This document shows, piece after piece, positions 5,154 to 15,044 of a stretch of 64,000 bases of DNA. The stretch's first letter is position 1; every line of letters begins with the position of its first letter. This stretch comes from a virus (Duplodnaviria > Caudoviricetes). A program made the translations under genes and the position numbers. The notes below the pieces were generated by a model. That model saw only the letters and a list, made by a program, of their open reading frames with translations, searched no databases and was not told the DNA's origin. Location of the stretch: positions 1 through 64,000 of IMG/VR virus record IMGVR_UViG_3300032218_002590; one strand, 5' to 3'.

Positions 5154-5842
5154 TTGAAAATCCTGCCCCACCCGTCAGTGCCACCAGGAGCCCATCTACG
5201 GGCTAGTTCGCTTCTTTTGTATACAGCGCCCCTTCCGTTGGTTACAGCGCCCGTGTAGCCGTCGTTGAGGCTGCCGTAGGGGTCGTTTACCACATAATCC
5301 CCCGAAGGGCTCTTGCCAATCACTACAACCATGTGCCCGCCAGTAGGTGCAGAAAGAGAACCCCTGTGTAGAATACCAATAACGATAGGTTTACCAGCAG
5401 ATAAACTTTTATCAAGATCAGCAAAAGAAAGATTGTAACTAAACTGTGACTTAACACCATAGCTCTCAAGAACACGGGTCTGAACTTCGTGATCTGTTGA
5501 GTCACCAATTGCAAATACTTTCTGAATGTAAGCATCATCTCCTTTTGCTCCTTTTAGAGTGCCCGGTTTTAGAAACTCAAGGCACATAGCACAGGAAGAA
5601 GAGTTACAAGTTCTATTGGCATCTCTATAATTATCCGTTTGTGGAAAATATGGTACAGCAAGTACAGATGATTTTGGTTTCTCTTCTTTGGTTCTAAAAG
5701 TTTTCACCCACCCAGAATTATCTTCCAATTCTTCTGGTGCTTTCTGTTCAAGTACCTTTTCAAGTTGCTCTATACCAGCAACATGCTTTGGATTCTTTGG
5801 GTCATAATATTCAAAAAAGTTATTGAGGTCAATTCTTGTCAT
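5150..5842 (-). CDS. C39-like cysteine peptidase with N-terminal accessory domain
   Basis: VPYFPQTDN...RTCNSSSCAM (catalytic Cys), GGHMVVVIG (His), VNDPYG (Asp). Confidence 0.88.
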   Translation of the reverse strand: MTRIDLNNFFEYYDPKNPKHVAGIEQLEKVLEQKAPEELEDNSGWVKTFRTKEEKPKSSVLAVPYFPQTDNYRDANRTCNSSSCAMCLEFLKPGTLKGAKGDDAYIQKVFAIGDSTDHEVQTRVLESYGVKSQFSYNLSFADLDKSLSAGKPIVIGILHRGSLSAPTGGHMVVVIGKSPSGDYVVNDPYGSLNDGYTGAVTNGRGAVYKRSELARRWAPGGTDGWGRIFK

Positions 5843-6176
5843 TTTTATCTCCGAATAATTGAATGTAATACTCTGCGTCTACAACTACTAATGGTTTTTT
5901 GCCATTTTTTTTCATAACAACAATAGGTTCGTAGTTACCACAGTTGGCAGATGCCTGCTCGTAAGCTTCCCAAATATTTAGTTTCTCTACATTCTTGCAT
6001 TCAATGCTGTGGGGGAACTTTAACCTAGCAGCACGAGCCATGATAAGGTCTTCCCCACCCGCTCCCATGCTTCGAGATTCAATATCTTCTGGGTGAACTT
6101 CAAGCATCTCAATAAGTTTATCTCTTACCCATTTTTGGAGTAATCTTCCTTTAGCCTTTGCTGATTGTGGTTTCAT
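5829..6176 (-). CDS. PD-(D/E)XK-like nuclease / putative resolvase, conserved in cyanophages
   Basis: MKPQSAKAKGR...GEDL...SIECKN motif. Confidence 0.7.
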   Translation of the reverse strand: MKPQSAKAKGRLLQKWVRDKLIEMLEVHPEDIESRSMGAGGEDLIMARAARLKFPHSIECKNVEKLNIWEAYEQASANCGNYEPIVVMKKNGKKPLVVVDAEYYIQLFGDKNDKN

Positions 6177-6177
6177 A

Positions 6178-6206
6178 ATAAAATACCCCCATCACTGGAG
6201 GTATTT
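6178..6206 (-). terminator. Intrinsic terminator after nrdB, overlapping a late-like ATAAATA
   Basis: AATACCTCC-AGTGAT-GGGGGTATT-TTT. Confidence 0.6.
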
Positions 6207-6216
6207 ATCTATTGAG

Positions 6217-7407
6217 TTATAATTGGAATCCAGAAAAAGTATTGGCTTTAACATCTTGTTTAATGCCACCAATCACATACGATTCAACTTCTGTTTCTTG
6301 TGGAGCTACCTGAAGACCTTTTGAGGATAACCAATGCTCAGTCCATGGCAATGGATTATTATTCAAAGGAGCATCAAAGATTGGACTCAAACCAATTGAC
6401 TTAAGCCGACGATTAGCAATCCACTCAACATATTTTTGAAGAAGTTTAGCATTCAAACCAATCATACTTCCATCTTTGAAAAGATAATCGGCCCAAAGCT
6501 TTTCTTCTTCTACACAATTTCTAAACATATCATAAACAGTTTGCTGTTCTTCTTTAGCAATTTGTTCCATGTCAGGATCATCACCTTCACGCCATTTGTT
6601 TAGAATGTTTTGCGTGATAACCAAATGTTGAGACTCGTCACGGGCAATCAGACCAATGATTTTAGCATTGCCTTCCATAAGTTTGAGTTCACCAAAGGCA
6701 AACGAACAAGCAAAGGAAACATAGAATCGAATACCCTCAAGAATATTTACGTTAGCAACAGCACGATACAGTTTACGTTTAAGATCATACAGTGTTTCTT
6801 TGGCAGCAGGAACACCTTCTAGTTGATGTTGCCATTGATTACCAGAAGAATAATCTTGAGCTGATTGAATAAATTCATCATACGCATTAGTAACACTTTG
6901 AGCACGTTGAATGATTTGTTCGTCATGAATGATAGTATCAAATATTTCAGACGGATCTGAATACACGTTCTTGATGATGTAAGTGTATGCACGACTATGA
7001 ACCATCTCCATAGCTTGCCAAATATTCATACAACCTTCTAGCTCAGGGAGAGAACAGTATGGAGAAAATGCCATACCAGGACCACGACCCTGTACAGAAT
7101 CAAGAAGAATCTGATACTTCAAATTAGAAGTAAAGATATGCTTTTGTTCTGGGCGAAGTGATTGAAAATCAGCTCGATCTTTTTGCAAAGAAACTTCTTG
7201 AGGTCTCCAAAAAAATCCTAATTGTTGCTCAGTAAGTTTATCAAACACAGGATACTTAAACCTATCATATCTTTGGACACCCAAAGGGGCGCCAAAGAAC
7301 ATGGGTTGTTTAAGTATGTTGACTTCCTCAGTATTAAATACTGTCATTCCTTCAATTTGATTCATTGTAGTTTTATTAATTTTAAATTTTGCAACTGTCA
7401 CAATCAT
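6217..7407 (-). CDS. nrdB: Class Ia ribonucleotide reductase beta subunit
   Basis: FFWRPQEVSL, DSVQGR, EMVHSRAY, LEGIRFYVSFACSF, RDESQH, C-terminal APQETEVESY. Confidence 0.97.
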   Translation of the reverse strand: MIVTVAKFKINKTTMNQIEGMTVFNTEEVNILKQPMFFGAPLGVQRYDRFKYPVFDKLTEQQLGFFWRPQEVSLQKDRADFQSLRPEQKHIFTSNLKYQILLDSVQGRGPGMAFSPYCSLPELEGCMNIWQAMEMVHSRAYTYIIKNVYSDPSEIFDTIIHDEQIIQRAQSVTNAYDEFIQSAQDYSSGNQWQHQLEGVPAAKETLYDLKRKLYRAVANVNILEGIRFYVSFACSFAFGELKLMEGNAKIIGLIARDESQHLVITQNILNKWREGDDPDMEQIAKEEQQTVYDMFRNCVEEEKLWADYLFKDGSMIGLNAKLLQKYVEWIANRRLKSIGLSPIFDAPLNNNPLPWTEHWLSSKGLQVAPQETEVESYVIGGIKQDVKANTFSGFQL

Positions 7408-9694
7408 CCTCAGGTAAATTTAATATGTCGTTAAGCAGGTCTCCAACATCTTGTTTGGATTTATCTTCTGTAGTGTCATCCGTCTTATTATCATATGTGT
7501 TTTGATAGTAAGAAGTTTTCCATCCATACTTGTAAGTATTGAGAAAATCTTGAGCCATTACTGACACAGGAACTTCATTATCGGGATAATTTTCTGGATT
7601 ATACGACCAGTTTCCAGATATCGCTTGATCAAAGAACTTTTGCATAACTGCAACAATATTAATATAACCAGTATTGCTAGGCATATCCCACAGCAACGTA
7701 TAGTTGTTTTTAAGAGATTGATAAGAGGGGACAATTTGCTTGAGAGGTCCTTTCTTTGATTTCTTAACGGACAGGTAGTCTCTAGGTGGTTCAATTCCAT
7801 TTGTTTCATTTGACACAACGGAACTGCTCTCCGAAGGCATCTGTGCGGACAGTGTGCTATGTCGTAGCCCATATTCCTGAATGTTGGCACGTAAAATTTC
7901 CCATTCATATCTCAAAGTTGGATCGCAGATTTCATCGACATCACGCTTATAAGTGTCGATTGGGAGGATACCTTCTGAATACTTTGTTCTGTCAAAATAT
8001 CCACAGCTTCCCTTTTCCTTAGCAAGTTTGTTTGAGGCTCTGAGTAGATAGAACTGGAAAGCTTCAGTAAGGTTGTGGACGAGTTTCCATGCTCCTGGGT
8101 CATCGTAATGTTCTCCATGTTTTGCAAGATAATGTGCAAGTCCAATATAACCAATACCAAGTGAACGACGATTCTTGGTTGATAGTTCGGCAGCTTTGAT
8201 TGGATAGTTTTGATAATCAATCAATTCTTCCAAGCCACGAACAGCAAGGTCACACAGTTCTTCAAGTTCATCAAGGTTCTTTAGTTTGCCCACATTAATA
8301 GCAGAAAGAATACACAAAGCAATCTCGCCAGCGCCATCAATATGTTCAAGTGGATCTGTAGGAAGAGTAATTTCTTGACAAAGATTACTCATGTAAACTT
8401 TATCTTTGAACGATGAGTGTGTATTACAGTGATCAATATTCATGATGTAAATACGACCAGTTTCGGCACGTTCTTTTAAAAGATCAAGAATCAGTTCTTG
8501 AGCACCGATAGTTTTTTGTGGGATTGAAGAATTTGATTCGTAAGAGGTATACAAATTATCAAACTCAGGAGTGCCAAAAGCATCATAAAGACCAGGAACA
8601 TCGTGAGGTGAGAATAAAGTGATATTCCCGTTTTGAATAAATCTTTCATAAAATAGTTTGCTAATTTGAATAGAATAATCAAGTTTCCTAACACGGTTGT
8701 CTTCGGTTCCCTTATTGTTTTTGAGAACTATAATGTCTTCTATTTCCTGGTGCCAGATTGGAAAGTGGACTGTAGCTGATCCACCACGAATGCCATTTTG
8801 TGTACAGCATCGGACAGTTGCTTCAAACTTTTTGAGGAATGGGATAACCCCAGTGTGAGCAACTTCGCCCCCTCTAATTTTGCTGTTGACGCCACGGATT
8901 CTACCAGCGTTGATACCGATGCCTGCCCTTTGAGAAACATACCTCCCAATAGCCATATCGCTAGTAAAGATACTATTGAGGGTGTCATCAGCATCAATAA
9001 GAACACAGCTAGCGAACTGTCTAAGTGGCGTTCTGACTCCTGCCATGATTGGCGTGGGGATGTTGATTTTGTGCTTTGAGATGGCATTGTAATAACGACG
9101 AACGTAATCTAGACGGGAAGTTAATGGGTAATCAGCAAACAAGGTGATGGCAATCATCATGTACATATACTGAGGAGTTTCAAATATCTCAGCATTACTA
9201 CGATCTTGAACCAAATACTTATCAACTACTTGACGAAGACCAGCATAGGAAAATAGATAATCCCTATCATGTTCTACCCAAGAATTAATTTTAATCCAAT
9301 CTTCGTCACTATACTTATCCAGAATTTCTTCATCGTATACTTTAAGGATAGTGGAATTGTATAGAGCTACGTCATAGACGTTGGGCATTCCTTCTTTCCA
9401 AATATTTTTATGAAATACTTGTTTGCGAAGAGAAAACAAAAGAAGGCGAGCTGCTACAAATTGGTAATTAGGATTCTCTAGTGAAATAAGATCACTTGCA
9501 GAACGAATTAGAATCTCTTGAATTTCTTCTGTAGTGATACCATTGTAAAATTGAATTCCTGAATTCATTTCTACTTGAGAAGCAGATACTCCAGCTAATC
9601 CATCACAGGCTTCCTCAACCATACGATGAATTTTATCTAGATTAAGTGGTTCGATTAAACCTTCACGTTTTTTAACTTGAATGCCGTTGCTCAT
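7382..9694 (-). CDS. nrdA: Class Ia ribonucleotide reductase alpha subunit
   Basis: ATP-cone N-terminus, RQFASCVL, SNLCQEI, C-terminal CDSCKI; no intein or intron seen. Confidence 0.98.
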   Translation of the reverse strand: MSNGIQVKKREGLIEPLNLDKIHRMVEEACDGLAGVSASQVEMNSGIQFYNGITTEEIQEILIRSASDLISLENPNYQFVAARLLLFSLRKQVFHKNIWKEGMPNVYDVALYNSTILKVYDEEILDKYSDEDWIKINSWVEHDRDYLFSYAGLRQVVDKYLVQDRSNAEIFETPQYMYMMIAITLFADYPLTSRLDYVRRYYNAISKHKINIPTPIMAGVRTPLRQFASCVLIDADDTLNSIFTSDMAIGRYVSQRAGIGINAGRIRGVNSKIRGGEVAHTGVIPFLKKFEATVRCCTQNGIRGGSATVHFPIWHQEIEDIIVLKNNKGTEDNRVRKLDYSIQISKLFYERFIQNGNITLFSPHDVPGLYDAFGTPEFDNLYTSYESNSSIPQKTIGAQELILDLLKERAETGRIYIMNIDHCNTHSSFKDKVYMSNLCQEITLPTDPLEHIDGAGEIALCILSAINVGKLKNLDELEELCDLAVRGLEELIDYQNYPIKAAELSTKNRRSLGIGYIGLAHYLAKHGEHYDDPGAWKLVHNLTEAFQFYLLRASNKLAKEKGSCGYFDRTKYSEGILPIDTYKRDVDEICDPTLRYEWEILRANIQEYGLRHSTLSAQMPSESSSVVSNETNGIEPPRDYLSVKKSKKGPLKQIVPSYQSLKNNYTLLWDMPSNTGYINIVAVMQKFFDQAISGNWSYNPENYPDNEVPVSVMAQDFLNTYKYGWKTSYYQNTYDNKTDDTTEDKSKQDVGDLLNDILNLPEDDCDSCKI

Positions 9695-10683
9695 ACTTTC
9701 TTCCATTCGATTAATTTAAGTTTTGCTTCTAGTCCTTGATAGGTATTTGATTCTACTACATTCTGAACATTATGTCCAGCCTTAATCATATCATTAATAT
9801 CCTTATCATCAATTCCAGGAGGCCAAATGACTATCCTGTTTCCATCATCAATTGCTTTCGAATATTTTGAAACAATTTGTTTATTTCTGGGTTCGTTGTC
9901 AAAGACATACACCAGTCTATAATCACCACCGCCGAGATTGACATCACTACCACACATAGCAATGCTATTTGAAAGGAACATACTGTCGAATGGTCCTTCA
10001 GTAACATAGATTAGTTCATCTTGGTTTACCCTATCCATCCCGAATATCTTGGTCTTAGAATCATCCAACATGATTGTAATATATCTGATCTTTGCTTTAG
10101 GAGCCAAGGAGCGACCTTGATACCCAAACATGTTTCCATCTTTATCCCTAAGTGGTATGATAATTCTAGGACCATCTTGCTTCAGGTTTGGAAATACATC
10201 CACCTGAGAGTTTGTCCATTCTTTAAATTTGGGACAGTAGTAAAAATAATCCAGTTCTTTAATTTTTCGTTCTTCTAAGTACACCCTAGCTGGATGTGTA
10301 GTATTTAGTTCCGAAATCTTTTCCAGATCTATACCTGTTTTACGTTTACGAAACTCTGGTTTAGTAAAATTAAATTCGGGATTTTTGGTCTGTGTATTTT
10401 TTCCCGTCAATCCTTCACGATAACGTTCCATGATATACTGATTGTACAATTGTACACAGTTATCTTTTAAAAAATTAGTAAAGGTTCTTCCTACACCACA
10501 GTTGTGGCATTTGAATACAAAGTCATTTTTTATTTTAAAAATATACCCTCTAGTTTTATTCTTGTGCTTCTGACTGTCTCCACAGTAAGGGCATCGAAAA
10601 TTGTAAAGGGATTCTTTTTTCTTTGTAAATTTTTCAAGTTGGGGTGATATAAGGCCAATGAATTTGGCGTCAATGTAACTCAT
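9691..10683 (-). CDS. gp61: DNA primase (T4 gp61)
   Basis: NFRCPYCGDS...FKCHNCG Zn finger; TOPRIM motifs EGPFD and FDNEP. Confidence 0.96.
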   Translation of the reverse strand: MSYIDAKFIGLISPQLEKFTKKKESLYNFRCPYCGDSQKHKNKTRGYIFKIKNDFVFKCHNCGVGRTFTNFLKDNCVQLYNQYIMERYREGLTGKNTQTKNPEFNFTKPEFRKRKTGIDLEKISELNTTHPARVYLEERKIKELDYFYYCPKFKEWTNSQVDVFPNLKQDGPRIIIPLRDKDGNMFGYQGRSLAPKAKIRYITIMLDDSKTKIFGMDRVNQDELIYVTEGPFDSMFLSNSIAMCGSDVNLGGGDYRLVYVFDNEPRNKQIVSKYSKAIDDGNRIVIWPPGIDDKDINDMIKAGHNVQNVVESNTYQGLEAKLKLIEWKKV

Positions 10684-11111
10684 TTAGTAATGTTTTCTGG
10701 GTTGGGCACGTATCTGTGCTCCATTCTAAACCCTAATTCGCCTGGTGTCAACCACCCAGAAGCCAAAGTGGATACAGCAGTAGCAAGGATGGCAGACAGC
10801 ACACCCATACCAACAATCATCCACTTGATTTTACCATACTCTTCAACCTTTTTTTCAATTGTTTTGATTCGAGTATCAAGTGTTTCTTTCAACTCTTCCA
10901 TCATTTTGACAATAAGGTTGTCTGTTTTAGTTGCTTGCTCTAAACGGGACTCATGCCTTTCAAGAATAAGAGCAACGTTCTGATTGCTCTCGCTAATTTT
11001 ATCTACGGCTCTCTCAAGTTTGTCAAGCATCTCTTTAGAGAGATCTTCATAGATAGAAAATTTTGCTTCTAAAACTGATAGTTCAGTTTTATTATTAAAT
11101 CCGAAAGGCAT
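10680..11111 (-). CDS. Conserved coiled-coil protein with a C-terminal transmembrane segment
   Basis: Heptad-rich; KWMIVGMGVLSAILATAVS hydrophobic segment. Confidence 0.8.
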   Translation of the reverse strand: MPFGFNNKTELSVLEAKFSIYEDLSKEMLDKLERAVDKISESNQNVALILERHESRLEQATKTDNLIVKMMEELKETLDTRIKTIEKKVEEYGKIKWMIVGMGVLSAILATAVSTLASGWLTPGELGFRMEHRYVPNPENITK

Positions 11112-11120
11112 GATTTCCTC

Positions 11121-11840
11121 CTAGATATTTCTGATAGCAAAATCAAGAGCACTTTGATATGATGTAGCATTTTTATTGAGCATGTATCTAAACTGTTCTT
11201 GATTTTCTGGCGAAAGAGAAGCAAACGTAGCTGCAATTTTTTTAGCCGAAAAGTTATCTAGATTTTGAACACTGCCGTCGTCAAATTGAATTTTGGCGAA
11301 GTGTGTTTCTCCATGAGTTAATTCTGAAGTAGCAACTTCCATTGCAACATCAATAGCATCTAACGAAACGTTTTCCATAATAGTATTATTTCCAGGTTCA
11401 TATGAGTTTTTCATTACTTTCTTCTGTTGATCAGAAGCTTTCTTTTTGAAGTCGGCCAGACGAGCTTTCATCAAAGTATCCATTTCCTTTGTCTTCGTCA
11501 TCATTTTATTCTTAGCTTCGTCTCGTTTCTTTTGAAGATCTTTTTGACGATTAAGTTTTTTCTGCTGACCAATTTGTTTCTGGGCTCTCTCAGTTTCTGA
11601 GGGAGCCGCTTCAGAAATAATTGTTTCTAATTCTTCTTTCATTTTTTTGCGGCGGTTAATACGAGAGAGTAAATTTTTTGCTCCTTTGGATCTACCATCA
11701 ACATAATTTTGATTACTTTTTTTATATTTGCGATGTTGTTTTGGATTAACCAAAACAAAGGCAGGTGGCAATTGAAGCCCACTGCCGTCACCGACAGAAT
11801 TAATCATTTCATTTATAGTAGATTCAGTTGTTTTAGACAT
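11121..11840 (-). CDS. Conserved hypothetical (probable virion) protein
   Basis: 239-aa ORF; central coiled coil; C-terminal NLDNFSAKKI..L domain. Confidence 0.8.
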   Translation of the reverse strand: MSKTTESTINEMINSVGDGSGLQLPPAFVLVNPKQHRKYKKSNQNYVDGRSKGAKNLLSRINRRKKMKEELETIISEAAPSETERAQKQIGQQKKLNRQKDLQKKRDEAKNKMMTKTKEMDTLMKARLADFKKKASDQQKKVMKNSYEPGNNTIMENVSLDAIDVAMEVATSELTHGETHFAKIQFDDGSVQNLDNFSAKKIAATFASLSPENQEQFRYMLNKNATSYQSALDFAIRNI

Positions 11841-12169
11841 TCTTGATCAACATTATTGTTTAATGTGTCCGGTAATCTATTTAGGAAAAGCAAAAATGCC
11901 TTCAGTATAGACCAATATGTTGCTTCTATTTTAAAAAATAGCAGTGGTGTAGAAGCATCGCCAAATACATTATAAAGTAGAATGATATGATTTAAAATAA
12001 GATGGGTTTTCAACTCACCCGTCATTTCATAACGACGAAGTAATCTTTTAATGTATTTAAATTTATTCAAATCTTCTTCAAAATCTTCATACGTTACCGA
12101 AAAAGGATTTTCATAATGTTTAATAGCAAAGATAATCCAATTATCTTTAGTCAACTCACCGAAGTTCAT
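11813..12169 (-). CDS. Conserved T4-like hypothetical protein
   Basis: MNFGELTKDNWIIFAIKHYENP...LILNHIILLYNVFG. Confidence 0.85.
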   Translation of the reverse strand: MNFGELTKDNWIIFAIKHYENPFSVTYEDFEEDLNKFKYIKRLLRRYEMTGELKTHLILNHIILLYNVFGDASTPLLFFKIEATYWSILKAFLLFLNRLPDTLNNNVDQECLKQLNLL

Positions 12170-12175
12170 TTAGTA

Positions 12176-13123
12176 TCAGGCAGCAGTTACAGTGAGAGTA
12201 GCAGCATTAGAAATCACTTCTTCTGCACCAGCAGATGATGTGAGTTTCACACGATATTGATACCCGTCAGAAGCTGTAGTAAGTGTAGCAAGAGCTAGTG
12301 AAGAGCTATTGGCTCCAGAAACATTAGCCCACTTACCAGCAGTACTGGTTCTACGCTGCCACTGATAAACAAGTGAACCAGTAGAAGCTGCTGCTGTGAC
12401 AGAGAAGGTAGCAGCACCAGTAGCAACTGTGGACACAGTAATTGTAAGGTCATTAGTTGTATCTACACCACCAAGAGTGCTTCCTTTGACTACAATTGTG
12501 TCATTAGCTGCAAATCCCGAACCACCAGTTACTTTCGTAACCGTATAGGTTCCGCCAGAACGAGAAACCGTGTATTCAAATCCGGTAGAGGCTGGGGCTG
12601 CACCACCAGAAACATTATTAATTGCAATGCCAGCAGTGGATCCAGTGACGGTGTAAGTTCCTGTTCCGGCAGCGGCAGTACCAGCTCTAGTAAAGGTACG
12701 AACAGCACCCACCGGTCCATACGTGGTCTGTGCAGCAGGTTGAACGGAAATTGTAATAGCCGATGCTACGTCTGCCGCTACGTTATCATCAAGGTCAGCA
12801 AGATTTCTAGGAGCATCTTTAAATGCTACAAGGTGCTGTGCCTTATGGCGAGTGTTGCCAGAAGCATCAGTATATGTAAAATACTCCCACCAGCCAGGAG
12901 CAGTCAAACCACGCTCTCTGTTCTCGGGAAGTGTTGCTTCCACATCATCAATAAAAATTGTTCTACGGGCAGCATCAGCATAACCCTGAGAACCAGCAAC
13001 TGTGCTAGAGCCATCAACAATTCTAGAATTACCGGAATTGTATTTGTCTACAGAATTTTTTTCCGTAGTGTTTAATACTTTTAAACTTTGTGCGTTATTT
13101 TCTGAACGACTGTAGAGAGTCAT
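12176..13123 (-). CDS. Virion structural protein with Ig-like domain
   Basis: PGWWEYFTYTDASGNTRHKAQHLV; ITISVQP...YQWQ...DGYQYRV.LTS...EEVISNAATLTV Ig-like fold with an inserted beta domain. Confidence 0.8.
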   Translation of the reverse strand: MTLYSRSENNAQSLKVLNTTEKNSVDKYNSGNSRIVDGSSTVAGSQGYADAARRTIFIDDVEATLPENRERGLTAPGWWEYFTYTDASGNTRHKAQHLVAFKDAPRNLADLDDNVAADVASAITISVQPAAQTTYGPVGAVRTFTRAGTAAAGTGTYTVTGSTAGIAINNVSGGAAPASTGFEYTVSRSGGTYTVTKVTGGSGFAANDTIVVKGSTLGGVDTTNDLTITVSTVATGAATFSVTAAASTGSLVYQWQRRTSTAGKWANVSGANSSSLALATLTTASDGYQYRVKLTSSAGAEEVISNAATLTVTAA

Positions 13124-13158
13124 TTAATTTCCCCAACATGAACTTTATATCTAAAATA

Positions 13159-13192
13159 TATTTATAAAAAAAGGGGAGTTAGTTAACTCCCC
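13159..13192 (-). terminator. Intrinsic terminator followed by a late promoter
   Basis: GGGGAGTT-AACT-AACTCCCC-T7, then TATAAATA at 13166-13159. Confidence 0.8.
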
Positions 13193-13220
13193 CTAGTAAA
13201 TATTATTTTGTTTATTTAAC

Positions 13221-13400
13221 TCAGGGAGTTAAATCTTTTCCACCTTTTGCTTTTAGTTGTGCTTGAACTTGTAAAAGAATAAGTGAAAGAAGACCGTTGG
13301 CTTTGATATTTGGATTTGCGCCAAGTGCTTCTGAAACTGCAAAGAGTACAGTTGCAATAAGTGCTTGATTAGCAAGTGCCCATGCGATTAGAACTGACAT
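13221..13400 (-). CDS. Small membrane protein (59 aa)
   Basis: MSVLIAWALANQALIATVLFAVSEALGANPNIKANGLLSLILLQVQAQLKAKGGKDLTP*; GGAG RBS; below the ORF-track cutoff. Confidence 0.8.
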   Translation of the reverse strand: MSVLIAWALANQALIATVLFAVSEALGANPNIKANGLLSLILLQVQAQLKAKGGKDLTP

Positions 13401-13418
13401 AATTTTTCTCCGGGAATT

Positions 13419-13544
13419 TTAGGGTTTTCCTGTAATATTTATACTATCTTTCTTTTGAGATTTGAGAGCTTTATTAATATATTTATTATATTTTTTTCGG
13501 TTATCTTTATATTCTGGATCTTGTTTAGTAGGAATCTCTGGCAT
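13419..13544 (-). CDS. Small basic protein (41 aa)
   Basis: MPEIPTKQDPEYKDNRKKYNKYINKALKSQKKDSINITGKP*; AGAGGT RBS. Confidence 0.55.
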   Translation of the reverse strand: MPEIPTKQDPEYKDNRKKYNKYINKALKSQKKDSINITGKP

Positions 13545-13570
13545 TACCTCTACGGTAGGTTCTGCCGAAG

Positions 13571-14689
13571 TTACTTTTTTTCAGCAATGATCTCCTGCTC
13601 TAAAGCAATCATCTCATCAACCTTTTTCTTAGCAGCAATGATCTTGCTTATTTTTGAACGGCGACCTTTCAAAAACTTATCTTGCTTATCTACTTTGCCA
13701 TCATTGTTGACATCAGAATCTTCTTTGCCAACTGGATCCATTTTCTCGCCAATGACTTTAAATTTAGCGTTGTCCATTTCACCAAGTTTTTCTAATCTTT
13801 TACCAACTTCTGACCACAATTGATTAGCTGCATCTACGTCATAATCTTCTTTCTTAGTTTTCTTTTCAGGAAGACCCTTATGCTTAGTAGAAGCAAATTT
13901 GGTAGCTTCTTTATCAGTCATAGAAGCAGCAGCTTGTTTAACTTCTTTAGAGCCACCTTCCATGTCGCCTTTTTTCTTGGCGTGAACCATACCCATAAAT
14001 CTTTGTTGTGATTTGCTTACAGCTTTCTCAACAATGTCACGAAGAGTTACTTGCTCTTTCATTTCTTTTTCAGTTTTCTTTTCTCCCTTCTCTTCTTTAC
14101 CAGGAGCATGTTTGTATTCTTTGTGCTTACCACCTTCGTCTTTTTCTTTTTCTTTCTTCTCTACTTCTTCTTTCTTCATGTCATGCTTTTTATCAGCATC
14201 TGACTTCTCCCAATCTTTGAGAGACATTTTATTTTTCTTAGCAAGCTTCTCGTCTTCTTTTTTATCTTCTTTGCTTCCTTCCCATTCTTCTGACTTCACA
14301 CACTTGTCTTTACCATTTTTGGTTCCGGCATACTTATAACCATCCCAACATGCTTTACCATCAGCACCTTGCTCTTTGCCTTCCTTATTCTTAGCTTCCT
14401 CTAGTTCTGCTTCTTCTTTCTGAACGTCTTTAGCAACAACATTAGTATGTTTAATCTCAGCTCCGTGAGATTGTTTTACTCCTGTGCCACCAGCAATATT
14501 AATAGCTGGATCTGCTGCCGAAGCTTTTTCCTTTGGATCTTTTTTTGCAAAGTTATTTTCGTCACCCTTTTTCTGTAGTGAGGGAATTCCTTCTTCGCCA
14601 AGATGATATACCACAGATCGAATCAATGCTTCTGAAAAAGCATCCATATTTTTAATTTCCGTTGTTGCTTTCTGTCTTTCCATTTGCAA
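13571..14689 (-). CDS. Lys/Glu-rich modular protein (probable internal virion protein)
   Basis: Highly charged; modules CWDGYK, KAVSKSQQRFMGMVHA...FASTKHKGLPEKK and DSDVNNDGKVD. Confidence 0.8.
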   Translation of the reverse strand: MQMERQKATTEIKNMDAFSEALIRSVVYHLGEEGIPSLQKKGDENNFAKKDPKEKASAADPAINIAGGTGVKQSHGAEIKHTNVVAKDVQKEEAELEEAKNKEGKEQGADGKACWDGYKYAGTKNGKDKCVKSEEWEGSKEDKKEDEKLAKKNKMSLKDWEKSDADKKHDMKKEEVEKKEKEKDEGGKHKEYKHAPGKEEKGEKKTEKEMKEQVTLRDIVEKAVSKSQQRFMGMVHAKKKGDMEGGSKEVKQAAASMTDKEATKFASTKHKGLPEKKTKKEDYDVDAANQLWSEVGKRLEKLGEMDNAKFKVIGEKMDPVGKEDSDVNNDGKVDKQDKFLKGRRSKISKIIAAKKKVDEMIALEQEIIAEKK

Positions 14690-14939
14690 AGATACTGGTG
14701 GTGTTGTTTCTTTCTTTATTTATGTTTTCATCTATGTTAATATCACGAATATCTTTTACCCATGCTCTAAACATCTTACCAGATTCAGATACTACAATTA
14801 CGTAGTTAACTCCTGAGCGGAGTATTTTTCCTTTATCCCCTGTAAGGGATGACATAATATAGTCACCCTCTTGAAAAATTTGTTTTTGAATATATCTTTC
14901 TTGAGTTACTTCTTGTTTTAGCTGCTTGAAAGATTTCAT
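14652..14939 (-). CDS. Conserved cyanophage hypothetical protein
   Basis: QIFQEGDYI...GKILRSGVNYVIVVSESGKMFRAWVKDI (SH3-like beta pattern). Confidence 0.8.
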   Translation of the reverse strand: MKSFKQLKQEVTQERYIQKQIFQEGDYIMSSLTGDKGKILRSGVNYVIVVSESGKMFRAWVKDIRDINIDENINKERNNTTSIFANGKTESNNGN

Positions 14940-14967
14940 TAAATGTTTTATTTTTATTTATTTCTAA

Positions 14968-15040
14968 TGGAGAATAGGAGACTCGAACTCCTGACACCCG
15001 CCTTGCAAAGGCGATGCTCTACCAACTGAGCTAATTCCCC
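14968..15040 (-). tRNA. tRNA-Ala(TGC)
   Basis: GGGGAAT/ATTCTCC acceptor stem with G3:U70, TTTGCAA anticodon loop. Confidence 0.97.
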
Positions 15041-15044
15041 TAAA

